Of a stretch of 64,000 nt of DNA, positions 1 through 9,716 are shown piece after piece. How positions within the stretch are numbered: the first letter of the stretch is position 1; the number at the start of each line of letters is the position of its first letter. Source of the stretch: Candidatus Marinacidobacterales bacterium. GTDB taxonomy: Bacteria > Acidobacteriota > Vicinamibacteria > Marinacidobacterales > DATDRI01. The stretch lies in assembly GCA_965226495.1 (NCBI GenBank), contig OZ245365.1, positions 320,001 through 384,000 of the forward strand, given 5' to 3'. The notes beneath the pieces are model-generated. The model saw only the letters and a program-made list of their open reading frames with translations. It was not told the DNA's origin and made no database searches. The translations under genes and the position numbers were made by a program.

Positions 1-1107
1 TGAACCGCCTTGCGGCCTTCTTGGAACGATTCCTTCCTGTGCTCGTTGACCGAGGCGAGTAGCTCCTGCTCGCGCCTTCGAATTTGCTGGTACTCGCCCT
101 GGATTCCCACCGCGATTTTCTCCGCTTGGGAATCGATCGCTTCCTGCAGTTGTTCGACCTGGGTTCGGAGCTTCTTGACCTTCGGGTGCCCCTCTTTGTA
201 CCTGTTCCGGAGCTGAACAAGCTCGATTTCGAGGCCCGCCCGCTGCATGTTCAGGTTTTTCTCCAGCGCATCGTTGGTCACCTGTGGCAGCGACTCGAGC
301 GACTTTCCCTGCCGCTTCAGAGTACGAATCTGGCTGAGCATGCTCTCGAGCTCGATGCGGCGGGTCTTGGCATCGGTGTACGCCTCGTTGAGCTTCTCGA
401 GAGTGCCGCTGACGATACTCTGCCCCCTCGTCGGGGATGAAGAGATCCTGCTTCTCGCTGTACTCGTAGAGCTTTTCCTCGGACTGGTGCACGTCTTGTT
501 GCGCCGAGGTGAGCCTTTCCTGGAGCCAGCCGTAAATGTTGCGGGTGGTCTCGATCTTGGCCTCTAGATTCTGCTCGAGATAGGCCTCCGCCAATGTGTT
601 GGCCCATTCGGTCGCCACTTTTGGATCCTGGTGGCTGATGGCGACTTCTGCCAGACGCGTGTCAGGCAACGGAATCACCGAGACATGGGAAACAAAGAGT
701 GCGGCCGAATCCTTCGACCCTTTGAAAGGGGGCTTGTCGTGGAGCTTGAGTTTGAAGAGAACCTTCTCCGCTAGCGCCTTGCTGCGGATAATCCGGTACT
801 GTGTCTTGTAGTAGTTCTGGTAGTCGAACCAGTTCAGAGCGGTGGCTGGATAAGGATTCGACAGTGCAGAGATGTTCTGGCTCGGCGGGTCGATTTGCAC
901 GAGTGACTGCGATCGATAGACCGGTACTTGCATGTAGGTGACGAGGAAGCCGACGCCGAGCCCGACCAGTGCCATTGCAATGATCGTGGCACGGCCCGTC
1001 CAAAGAAGCCGCAGTCCGTATTTGAGGTCGAATCCTTCACTGAAATCGGTGCCTGTGAGATTGGACGGGCCGATAGGGTCTCTCGTGTTCGTAGGACTTT
1101 CGTTCAT
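1..1107 (-). CDS. Polysaccharide chain-length determinant / co-polymerase (Wzc/GumC family); 3' end outside window; apparent frameshift at C5 run 423-427
   Basis: Manual translation from ATG 1107 (GAGGT RBS): MNESPT...FDLKYGLRLLWTGRATIIAMALVGLGVGFLVTYMQVPVYRSQSLVQIDPP (Wzz-like N-terminus with TM helix), TQYRIIRSKALAEKV. After removing one base at 423-427 it continues as coiled coil with RYKEGHPKV. Downstream of the OPX gene. Confidence 0.85.
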   Translation of the reverse strand, partial: MNESPTNTRDPIGPSNLTGTDFSEGFDLKYGLRLLWTGRATIIAMALVGLGVGFLVTYMQVPVYRSQSLVQIDPPSQNISALSNPYPATALNWFDYQNYYKTQYRIIRSKALAEKVLFKLKLHDKPPFKGSKDSAALFVSHVSVIPLPDTRLAEVAISHQDPKVATEWANTLAEAYLEQNLEAKIETTRNIYGWLQERLTSAQQDVHQSEEKLYEYSEKQDLFIPDEGAEYRQRHSREAQRGVHRCQDPPHRAREHAQPDSYSEAAGKVARVAATGDQRCAGEKPEHAAGGPRNRACSAPEQVQRGAPEGQEAPNPGRTTAGSDRFPSGENRGGNPGRVPANSKARAGATRLGQRAQEGIVPRRPQGGS

Positions 1108-1121
1108 ATACCTCGAGGATC

Positions 1122-2026
1122 TCAGAAGACCCGCTTGCCCACTCGGACGACGTCTCCGGGAGCGAGCAGGATGTCAGTTTTCTTGCCTTTCTCGATGTCG
1201 CCGAGATCCACCTTGATGCGCTCGGGCTCGCCGGCAACCTGATTTCGCAGAATCTCTACTTTGCCTTTGCTTCCGTATTTGCTGAGACCACCCGCTTGGG
1301 AGATGGCTTGCAGAACCGTAAGCCCGCTGGTAAGGGCGTAGGAGCCCGGTTGGTGACTTCGCCGTTGACGTACACCGAGTCTTGCCCGGCAATGGTGATG
1401 AGGTCCCCGCTGGAAAGAGTCAGGGCGAGGGCGTTCTTCTGTTCGTCCGTGGGCATGTCGCGAGACAGCCAGACTCGTTTGAGACTCGTTCCGTCGTCGA
1501 AGACTCCGTCGAGTCGGGTCACCACGAGCTCTCCGTTCGCTTTCGACGTGAACCCACCTGCCTCCGTCAGAAGGTCGAGCAGCGACTTAGGTCCGGTGAG
1601 ATAGTATTTGCCGGGCCGGCCCACTTCACCCACCAGCGTGACCCATTGAGACAGGTACTCCTTCACCTTCACGCTTACGTGCGGATCGCGCAAAAAGTCT
1701 TTCCCGAGGAGCTCCGTGATCTGGATCTGGACCTCTTTCAGGGTGAGACCGGCTACCCGTACCTCGCCAATGAGCGGAAAGGAGATCTCTCCGCCGTGTT
1801 GGACCGTGACGAGACGCGTGAGGTCTTCTTCTTCGAAAACGATGACGTCGAGCACATCGCCCGGCCCGGTTCGGTAAACGTCCGTTTCCGGCTCGGGCAG
1901 AACGTCGGGTGCGATGGTCTTGCCGTTTCCTTGTGTGGCGGGGTAGGGGAGAGCACTCGCCGAACATACGCAGCCGAGCCAGATTACGGCGCCAGCCAGT
2001 AGGTGGTTCCAGCGAGTCATGGTCAT
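1122..2026 (-). CDS. Polysaccharide export OPX (Wza-like) protein, Poly_export + SLBB domains; apparent 1-nt deletion at ~1348
   Basis: Motifs YRTGPGDVLDVIVF, GEISFPLIGEVRVAGLT, GEVGRPGKY. Restoring one base at 1348-1349 gives GEVTNPGSYALTSGLTVLQAISQAGG...LAPGDVVRVGKRVF* ending at 1122. Confidence 0.88.
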
Positions 2027-2039
2027 TTGTCCTACTCCT

Positions 2040-3951
2040 CTACTTTGAGAAAAATCCTATTCCGAACACGAGCCGTATCACGTTGTTGGTGTACTGGAAC
2101 TCGTCGAGATTGGACCGCCGGCGCTCGTGCCGATAGTCGGCCCGGAAGTAGGTTCGCGGTGAAAAGAAATACGCGGCTCCCACCCAGCCCGCCAGGACGT
2201 TGTCGTTGCGCCGCTCGGGAAGCTCGAAGGCTTCGAGTGGGTAAAGGTTGTCGAAGAAGTAGACTCCGGTAATGAGCTGGAGGTTCTGGCGTATCGGTCC
2301 GGTGAATTGCACGTTGGCGAAGTTCGACGTGTAGTAATTGTTGTTTTCGAAATTGGAGAGATTCGCCTGACGTCCACCTTCGATCGTTAGAGCCGCCGCT
2401 TCGGTGAAATAGCGTGTGAGGCTCACGCTGGCGACGAGGCCCCGAAAATCCAACGCGTTGGCCTCGTCAGTACCGAAATCTTGTGCAGAGTAACCGACCC
2501 GAATCGTTCCTAATAGGAGAGGCGTGAGCTCGCCCTGGATTCCGGCAAGAAACGCATTGCCTGTCCGTTTGGCTTCGGGTCGCTGCGCCGGCTCCGGGGT
2601 GTTCACTCTCAAATACTCTCCGAACATGGACGTGACCGGTGAGAGGCGATAGCGGAAGTTGGCCCCGACGGTCATCGTGTCGTAGTTGAAAAAAAGTAAT
2701 CTCCTCTCCTTGGAAATTGACGAAATCGTAGGTTCCCGTCACCGCGAAGCCCAATCGCTCGCTCATCTCCATCTCGAGCCCGGCTATCGTTCGATTCCGA
2801 TTGAACGGCTCGATGTTGAAAAAGACTTCCTGTCCGGGATCGAACTCGGTGGTCTCGAAGCTTCCGCGGAAGAAGTGATTCTCCGCGCTGAACTTCATGG
2901 TCGGGGAAAGCATGACACCAGTACCGACGTTGAAACCGTGCGAGAAATTTTCTTGGAGCAGCTGAAATTTGTTGAACTTCCGGTAGCGGAGCTCATAGTC
3001 GAAGTGGAGCGTGTTATCGGACTCCAGAAGCTCGAAGGCCGCTACCGCCCGAGCGTAAATAGCGTTGTCCCTAAAATTTTCATCCGTTTGGAGGGTCAGG
3101 TTGTCCCCGCTAATCCAGCTGCCTTCGACGAAGGGCCGGAAAAGGAATCGGCCCAGAAGCAAGCCACTCGTCGACCCGCCGCCCACCTGGTCGATCTGCT
3201 CGAGAGGGGTGTCGAAAATGGGACGACTCTCGTCGGGTGCTGGAAACAAGCTGATGAACTCGCCAGACTGCCCGGCGGTCTCCTCCGCTTCCGGGGGCGA
3301 CGGCAGTTGCGACTCACTGGTCTCTGCCTCTCCCGAAGAGTCCGACAGAAGGGCTTCACCGGGACTCGGTGGCAATTCCGGTGGTATCGGAGGGCTCGCG
3401 TCCACTCCAGAACTAACCGCTGGCACGGTTCCCTGCTCGACGGTCGGTGTGGACGTAGGCGCACCGGCGACGCCCGAGGCTGCGGCGGAAGCTTCCGAGT
3501 CGTGACCGTTCCCTCCGGACGCGTCGGCCAGCGCCGTGGGAGAGTTGCGGGAGATCTTGATGAGGATACGCGTCGGTCGCATCTGGCTTACCACGGAGCT
3601 GGCCTCGAGATCGATCTCCATCATGACGCGGGTGTACACCCGGTCGCCCAGCTTCATTGGCCACATCTCGAAGCGACGAGTAAAAGGCGTCGTGACGTCA
3701 TACTTCGAGTCGACGGGTGGAACAGCGGGTACATCGAGCGTGAGCCGGTAAGAGTCGGTCGCCATCCTGCGGGTGGTTTTGAACCCCGTGATGTCGCCGT
3801 CGGCGATGATGTGAACCTCGAAGACGTCTGCCTCTGATTTGGCATACATGTTCAGGAGCTTGACGGTTTTGTTGTCCTGCGCTTGGGCCGTGACGGTCAC
3901 GGCTAGCCAAGCGAGCGCGACAACCAAGCTCCTCCGCGGAAACGCGTTCAT
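2040..3951 (-). CDS. Outer-membrane beta-barrel for polysaccharide export, with N-terminal AMIN-like domain and Pro/Ser-rich linker; apparent frameshift at A7 run 2689-2695
   Basis: ATG 3951 overlaps the wecA stop; signal peptide MNAFPRRSLVVALAWLAVTVTAQA. ORFs 2467..4620 and 2040..2675 join at the A7 run (EITFFNYDTMTVGANFRYRL). Alternating amphipathic beta strands; aromatic C-terminus FGIGFFSK. Confidence 0.75.
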
Positions 3952-5099
3952 TTGTCCTCCATGGCTTTGAGGGTTGCCCCGACCTTGCCAGCGGAAGTTG
4001 GGACAGTCCGCTCGGCTCGGAGCTCTCCTCCGAACCGAATAACCCAGAGCACCAGGGTGGCCAGTAGCACTGAGTCCAGCACGATCCACACGCTTCGGGT
4101 CAGGGGTGCGTCGGCTAGGTGGAGCGCTCCCAACCCGAGTCCGAAGGTCACGAGGTAGAGAAAGATCACCGCCTGCAGCTCGGTGAGGCCGCAGCGCACG
4201 AGGCGGTGGGAGAGATGGCAACGATCGCCGATGTAAATAGGCCGTCGTTCGAGGATTCGAATGTAAACGACTGAGGTCGTGTCGAGCAGGGGAACCGCCA
4301 GAACCAGTAGCGGCATGAGTATCGGAAACATGGACGAAGACGCCGTGGTGACGTAACGCTCGAGAATCGTAAGCGACGAAAGTGTGAATCCAATGAAGAG
4401 CGCTCCGGAATCTCCCATGAAGAGAGAAGCGGGTGGAAAATTGAAACGAAGAAATCCGACCAGGCTTCCGATCAAGGCCGCCAAGATGAAGCAAATGAAA
4501 ACCTCGCCCAGCTCCGCGGCGTTGATGAGGAAAACTGCCGAGGAGACCGCTGCCACACCCGCGGTCAGACCGTCCATGTTGTCGAGCAGGTTGAAGGCAT
4601 TCGAGATTCCGACGATCCAAAGCACGCTCAGCACGAAGTTGGCGACGTCGTTGCCCGCAAAGTCCACTCGAACTCCACAGGCGACCGCGACAACGGCGGC
4701 GAAGATCTGTCCCGCAAATTTGTAGCGCGTAGGAAATTTTTCCCCGAGGAGGTCGTCCATCAAACCAACGAGGAACATGATCGTGCCACCTAACAGGAGG
4801 CCGACGAGTGGCGACTTAACCGTCCAGGCTCCCGCGAGCGCGGTCATGGTGTGGGGAAGCGCGGTCTTGATGGCCGGAATGGTGGCGAGCCAGGGAGCCA
4901 CGGCAAAACCGAAGAACACCGTGGCAATGAAGCCCACGTATATCGCGATTCCCCCTAGTCGCGGTTTGGGGCCGTCGTGGGCCTTACGGCCGCCAGGCCA
5001 GTCGAATAGGCGGTGGGTCGTCGCGTACGAGCGGATCCACAGAGCCAGAGCCAGTGTGACTCCCATCGGTATCGCGGCGGCTCCCAAGTAGATCAACAT
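3948..5099 (-). CDS. wecA: Undecaprenyl-phosphate N-acetylhexosamine-1-phosphate transferase (WecA/MraY family)
   Basis: Motifs PRLGGIAI, GLMDD, NAFNLLDNMDGL, FNFPPASLFMGDSG, DRCHLSHRL; multiple TM helices. Confidence 0.9.
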   Translation of the reverse strand: MLIYLGAAAIPMGVTLALALWIRSYATTHRLFDWPGGRKAHDGPKPRLGGIAIYVGFIATVFFGFAVAPWLATIPAIKTALPHTMTALAGAWTVKSPLVGLLLGGTIMFLVGLMDDLLGEKFPTRYKFAGQIFAAVVAVACGVRVDFAGNDVANFVLSVLWIVGISNAFNLLDNMDGLTAGVAAVSSAVFLINAAELGEVFICFILAALIGSLVGFLRFNFPPASLFMGDSGALFIGFTLSSLTILERYVTTASSSMFPILMPLLVLAVPLLDTTSVVYIRILERRPIYIGDRCHLSHRLVRCGLTELQAVIFLYLVTFGLGLGALHLADAPLTRSVWIVLDSVLLATLVLWVIRFGGELRAERTVPTSAGKVGATLKAMEDK

Positions 5100-5571
5100 G
5101 CGCTAACTAGGCTCCCCGTCCACTGAGAGGGTGGAAACCCCTACCGTCAGTGGGAAAGTCCCTACAGGTGGCAACCCTGCTGTGGCTACGGGAGGTTTAC
5201 CGGTTAGAATGCCGGTCATCAGCCGTCGGGAAGCTGTCTCCCATCCCAACATTGCGTCTCGGTAGTCCCGGGCGACTCTGTTAACTAGTTGATTGGTATT
5301 GATTTCGACCCAAACGCCCAATACACTGTAGAACTCCGGGTACTCAACTTGGCGGTTTTCCCTCGACCCCGAGACATCCCAAACGCAGGGGTTACCCCAC
5401 ATGACCGCGGGCTGACGTCTCCCCGCTGGGCTCGAATCGCTCTCTGTTCGATGCGTCGGTCGGGTGTCCATCTCTAACCTTTTGATTATTTGATACTTAG
5501 TCTCGCCCTAAATTAGGCTCGTTCAGAACGCCGCGGAGCCGTCAGCAGGCCCCGAAGCTGTTCTATGAGAG

Positions 5572-5587
5572 TGCAGGATTCGTTCCA
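5572..5587 (-). promoter_or_regulatory. Sigma-54 -24/-12 motif TGGAACGAATCCTGCA
   Basis: GG-N10-GC spacing; intergenic; oriented toward wecA and the export genes. Confidence 0.55.
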
Positions 5588-5627
5588 TGCCCGTAATTGG
5601 CTGAAACGGGCCGATTTGAGAGGAAAT

Positions 5628-6911
5628 TTATGCTTGGGAGGAGCGGGGTAATGAATCCGGGAGCCCGGAAACAGGTCGTACGTCCTTGGCTTTTAGGAGC
5701 CGAAGATAGAGCTGATCCAGGTCGGTCAGGAGGCGCTCCAGGCTGAACCGGCGCAGGACGCTTTCCCTCGCCAGCTCGGCCAGCCCGGTTTGAGCTGCCG
5801 AGCGACCCTCCGGGGTGAGGGAGTGGGTGATAGCCTCCGCCAAAGCCTCTGGGTCGCGCGGCGGCACCAATCGCCCGAGTCGGCCGTCCTCGAGAAGGTC
5901 CGGTGTTCCACCCACTCGCGTCGCCACGACGGGTACTCCAGCCGCCATCGCTTCGATCAAAGCGACCGGCGTTCCTTCGTTCAAAGAACAGTTGATCGCA
6001 AGGTCCAGATCGGCGTAGATGCGCTCTAGGTCGGTGCGAAAGCCCAGGAAACGGACTCTCGAACCGAGCTTGAGGCGGTCCGCTTCTCTTTCTAGCGCGG
6101 GCCGTTGATCGCCATCCCCGACCACGAGTAAGACTGCCTCTGGGCATGTGGTTGAGACCCGGACTATGGCTTCCAAGAGAGTACCGAGATCTTTGATGAG
6201 GACCAGTCTCCCCACGCACCCCACAAGGGGAGCATCGGCCGCTAGGCCCAGCTCGTGCCGCAACTCGCCCCGGTATTGAGACACGTGCTCGAATCGATTG
6301 AGCTCCAGGCCCAGAGGAATCACTTCGATCTTGGATCTAGGTGCAATCTTTCGCTCCTCGAGATCTTCGGCGACTCGCCGGCTCACGGCGAGAATGGCAT
6401 CGGTGCCGAGAGCCATGGTGCGCTCGATCAACTGGAAGAATCGAGACGTGAAAGAGCCGAAATACCCTGCGAACACGGAGCCATGAAACGTGTGTACGAT
6501 CACCGGCACTCCCGCAAGGCGAGCCGCGAGTCGTCCGAGCGCTCCGGCCTTGGCGGTATGCGTGTGGACGATGTCGGGTCGCCGCTGCTTCATTAGCGTG
6601 AAGAGCTTGACGAAAGTGATGAAGTCTCGAAGCGGTCGGATTCGCCGACCGAAGGTTGGGATGATGCGATAGGCAGCTTCTCTTGACTTGGCCAGATCGG
6701 TGAAGTTTCCTTCGCGCTCGTCCTCTTTCCCGACAACCAACAGAGAGTCGTAGCGCTTCGGATCGAGACCGGCCGTCGTGAGGATAACGTGTATCGCTGG
6801 TCCGCCAATGTTCAACCGCGAAAAGAGACGGAGCACTCGGATTCGCCGGTTCGCGATGTTTGGCGGACCCACCTCGGGTGAAGGGCGGCTAGCGAAGGCG
6901 ATATTTTGCAT
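5628..6911 (-). CDS. Glycosyltransferase family 4
   Basis: RLNIGGPAIHV, VHTHTAKAG, NEGTPVALIEAMAAG (EX7E). Start placed at ATG 6911 (AAGGAAG RBS); the longer ORF start runs into a repeat cluster. Confidence 0.9.
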   Translation of the reverse strand: MQNIAFASRPSPEVGPPNIANRRIRVLRLFSRLNIGGPAIHVILTTAGLDPKRYDSLLVVGKEDEREGNFTDLAKSREAAYRIIPTFGRRIRPLRDFITFVKLFTLMKQRRPDIVHTHTAKAGALGRLAARLAGVPVIVHTFHGSVFAGYFGSFTSRFFQLIERTMALGTDAILAVSRRVAEDLEERKIAPRSKIEVIPLGLELNRFEHVSQYRGELRHELGLAADAPLVGCVGRLVLIKDLGTLLEAIVRVSTTCPEAVLLVVGDGDQRPALEREADRLKLGSRVRFLGFRTDLERIYADLDLAINCSLNEGTPVALIEAMAAGVPVVATRVGGTPDLLEDGRLGRLVPPRDPEALAEAITHSLTPEGRSAAQTGLAELARESVLRRFSLERLLTDLDQLYLRLLKAKDVRPVSGLPDSLPRSSQA

Positions 6912-7032
6912 CTTCCTTGAACGAAGCAACCCCCATGCCATAAGGGCCTCCCTCTCCCCTTGCGAGACTGGGGGCGTCAAGAAATGCCGTGCCGCTATCA
7001 ATGACGTCAGACGCCGGGAGAGGGGGTGGTGA

Positions 7033-7164
7033 CCACTAAGGCCCCCTCTCTCCCCTTTGGGGGAGAGCGCTGGGGCCACTAAGGTCTCCCTCTCCCCTTT
7101 GGGGAGAGGGTTGGGGCCGCTAAAGTCTCCCTCTCCCCTTTGGGGAGAGGGTTGGGGTGAGGGG
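7033..7164. repeat. Three tandem ~41-bp REP-like palindromic units (core CCCTCTCCCCTTTGGGGAGAGGG)
   Basis: Read directly. A degenerate copy lies at ~6941-6975 and an inverted relative at ~48344-48380. Confidence 0.85.
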
Positions 7165-7190
7165 ATGGTAGTTCGTCAAGAGAACGAAAC

Positions 7191-7769
7191 CTAAATCCAC
7201 CCACGTCCCAAGTAGTAGGCTAGCTTCGCGTACTCGGAAAAAACGATCCTCGCGCTGAACGAGTTCCGCCACCAACCCTCGGGCTTCCAGAAACTCGGCT
7301 CGGCGGGGCTGTTGAACACCGTCACCTGGTTACCGAAAGACTTCCGCGCCGCCAAAAAGGCTCTTCTCTGGTGGTAGGGATGGGTCACCAATGTTAGTGA
7401 ACGGATCTGGTGACTCTTGAGGATGGGAAGAACAAACACAACCGATTCGTGAGTGCTCCTCGAACGATCCTCAAGCACTAGCTTGTCGGCTGGGACCCCT
7501 CTCGCGATGGCATGTTGCGCCAAACTGCTAGCGTGGTCGCCGCCGCCTGGTTCGCCACCGCAGAGAACCAGTCGGGCAACGAGCCCATTTTTGTACAAGC
7601 GCACGGCGTGCTCGGTTCGCTCGTAACCGGGGTCCCCCCCGAAAACCATAGCGGCGTCGGCGCGAGTAGGTGGGTCTCGAAGCACAAGTGCGTGTGAAGT
7701 GAGATCGCTCATGGCGAGAACCCCAATACATCCTATCGACGCGCATGCGACCAAAAGCCATATACGCAT
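7191..7769 (-). CDS. YdcF/ElyC/SanA (DUF218) family protein
   Basis: ADAAMVFGG, EDRSRSTHES, LVTHPYHQRRA, EYAKLAYY; N-terminal membrane anchor. Start uncertain (7769 or 7802). Confidence 0.85.
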   Translation of the reverse strand: MRIWLLVACASIGCIGVLAMSDLTSHALVLRDPPTRADAAMVFGGDPGYERTEHAVRLYKNGLVARLVLCGGEPGGGDHASSLAQHAIARGVPADKLVLEDRSRSTHESVVFVLPILKSHQIRSLTLVTHPYHQRRAFLAARKSFGNQVTVFNSPAEPSFWKPEGWWRNSFSARIVFSEYAKLAYYLGRGWI

Positions 7770-7848
7770 ACGGTTCGGATACCTTGCTAGTACGTGAATC
7801 AAGTTGGCTACCTACGTTGAGGTGGCTAAGTACCTGGACCCTGCGATG

Positions 7849-9711
7849 TCAAAAGGTTCTCATCCACATTTCGAGTGTGAGCCAGGAGAAGAGCCGATGG
7901 CCAAAGTCTCTTTCTCCGCTAAGGTGGGCGTTTAGATGGGAGGTTACGATCTCTGGCCGCACGTGTTGGAAGAGCCGAGATTCCCGATCGGTCAGATGAT
8001 CTGCAACCAAGGGTCGTAACGGCCCCCGGAACCAGGAACCCAGGGGCACACCGAAACCCATCTTGCTACGATTCAGAATTGGTTTCGGTATGATGTCCTT
8101 GAACGCCTCCCGCAAGATGTATTTGGTCGTAGTCCCATGGAGCTTGAATCGATCGGGGAGTCGCCCTGCGAACTCCACGAGAGCAGTGTCCAAGAACGGC
8201 GATCGGGCTTCCAGTCCATGTGCCATCGTCGCGCGATCCATCTTGACCAGAAGATCTTCGGGCAAGTATGTGCAGAAATTTAGATAGAGTAGGCGTGCAA
8301 GTGTTGTCCCCTCGGCGGCCTCTGAAAAGGGCACGCGGAAACATTCCTCCACGTCGCGATCGAGAGCCTCGGGGTCGGGAAGCATCAGATCTTGTGCCGC
8401 ATTTGGAAAGACGCTGCACCAAGTTTGGAATCGTTTTTCCAATGGCAGCGAGGCTACCTCGAGGAACCGCTTGATACGTCTCAGTGGGTTGGTCCGGTCT
8501 GGCGGTTCTGGGCAAAGACTTGCGAGCCTTGCTCCGCATTTCTTCAACCACATCGGCAGTCGTTCCGCGGCTACTGCACCTACGAACCGTTGGTAACCCG
8601 CGAAGAGTTCGTCGCCACCGTCGCCATTGAGCACAACGGTTACATGCTCGCGCGCGAGCTTTGAAACGATATAGGTAGGAATCGCCGACGAGTCGCCGAA
8701 GGGCCCATCGTAGTGCTGAACCAGTTGCTCGAGGAAATCTTGATCCGGCGGCTGAACCTTGAACGTTGTGTGTTCCGTTTGGAACGCCTTCGCCGCCATC
8801 TCAGCATAGCCAGTCTCGTCATAGTCGGGAGCGCCCTCGAAGCCGATACTGAATGTTCGAATGGGCTGCTGGACCTGGCGGCTCATTAGCCCGACTACAA
8901 GCGTGGAATCCAGTCCTCCGCTCAAGAATGCGCCAAGTGGGACGTCCGCGACTAGTCGGCGGACTACGGCCTGTTGCATTAGGTGGCGAAGCTGCTCGAC
9001 TGCGTCCTGTTTGCGGCTCGTTCCATTTGTCTCGAAAGGCGGCGACCAGTAGCGGTGTTCGCGCATTGCCCCTCGGACTTCCACGCTAAGAACCGTGGCC
9101 GGAGAAAGCTTGCGGATCCCGCGATACCCGCTGCTCGGCGCAGGGAAGTAACCGTAAGTGAGATAAAAGGGCAACGCGTCGAGATCCGGCTCTCTTCCGA
9201 TCGCCGGGTGAGCGTGTAGAGCCTTGGCTTCGGACGCGAAGGCGAACCGGTACGAATCGTGGTAGTAGAAGAGCGGTTTTTTTCCGGCGCGGTCACGAGC
9301 CAGAGTAAGCAAGCCGTTTCGCTGATCCCAAATGCCGAGGGCAAACATCCCGTCGAGCTGCGGTATCGCGTCGGCCCCGAGTCGCTCATATAACCTCAGG
9401 ATGACTTCGGTGTCGCTACGAGTGTGGAAGCTGCACCCTTGTTGCTCTAGTTTTTTTCGAAGTTCCTGGAAGTTGTAGATCTCCCCGTTGAAAACGATGC
9501 CCACGGAGCGGTCCTCGTTCCACATGGGTTGGTCGGCCTGCTCAGAAAGGTCAATGACCCGCAGCCGAGCATGACCAAAGCCGATCGGATGCCTTGAGTC
9601 CACGCGCACGCCATCTGGTCCCCTATGGGAGATGGTATCGACCATCCGTCTCAGGTTCTGAAGCTCGGCCGGGCGTTCACCGAACTCCAGCGTGCCGACT
9701 ATGCCACACAT
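7849..9711 (-). CDS. asnB: Asparagine synthase (glutamine-hydrolysing) family amidotransferase, polysaccharide-locus type
   Basis: Ntn start MCGIVG at 9711; HRGPD, FNGEIYNF, AFLSGGLDS, GDGGDELFAGY, KMGFGVP. Confidence 0.93.
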   Translation of the reverse strand: MCGIVGTLEFGERPAELQNLRRMVDTISHRGPDGVRVDSRHPIGFGHARLRVIDLSEQADQPMWNEDRSVGIVFNGEIYNFQELRKKLEQQGCSFHTRSDTEVILRLYERLGADAIPQLDGMFALGIWDQRNGLLTLARDRAGKKPLFYYHDSYRFAFASEAKALHAHPAIGREPDLDALPFYLTYGYFPAPSSGYRGIRKLSPATVLSVEVRGAMREHRYWSPPFETNGTSRKQDAVEQLRHLMQQAVVRRLVADVPLGAFLSGGLDSTLVVGLMSRQVQQPIRTFSIGFEGAPDYDETGYAEMAAKAFQTEHTTFKVQPPDQDFLEQLVQHYDGPFGDSSAIPTYIVSKLAREHVTVVLNGDGGDELFAGYQRFVGAVAAERLPMWLKKCGARLASLCPEPPDRTNPLRRIKRFLEVASLPLEKRFQTWCSVFPNAAQDLMLPDPEALDRDVEECFRVPFSEAAEGTTLARLLYLNFCTYLPEDLLVKMDRATMAHGLEARSPFLDTALVEFAGRLPDRFKLHGTTTKYILREAFKDIIPKPILNRSKMGFGVPLGSWFRGPLRPLVADHLTDRESRLFQHVRPEIVTSHLNAHLSGERDFGHRLFSWLTLEMWMRTF

Positions 9712-9716
9712 GGTAT

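Noticed and set aside
3952-4620. N-terminal 223 aa of ORF 2467..4620
   Set aside because: Alternate-frame overlap with wecA; the real start is ATG 3951, followed by a signal peptide.
5103-5471. 122-aa ORF upstream of wecA
   Set aside because: No recognisable motif or RBS, atypical composition, and it overlaps probable regulatory motifs; not formally excluded.
5100-5560. c-di-GMP riboswitch upstream of the EPS export operon
   Set aside because: I could not find the GEMM-type GGCAAA/GCAAA elements in the required arrangement.
7033-7164. Possible CRISPR array
   Set aside because: Units are contiguous with no unique spacers, match a dispersed REP-like palindrome, and no cas genes are present.
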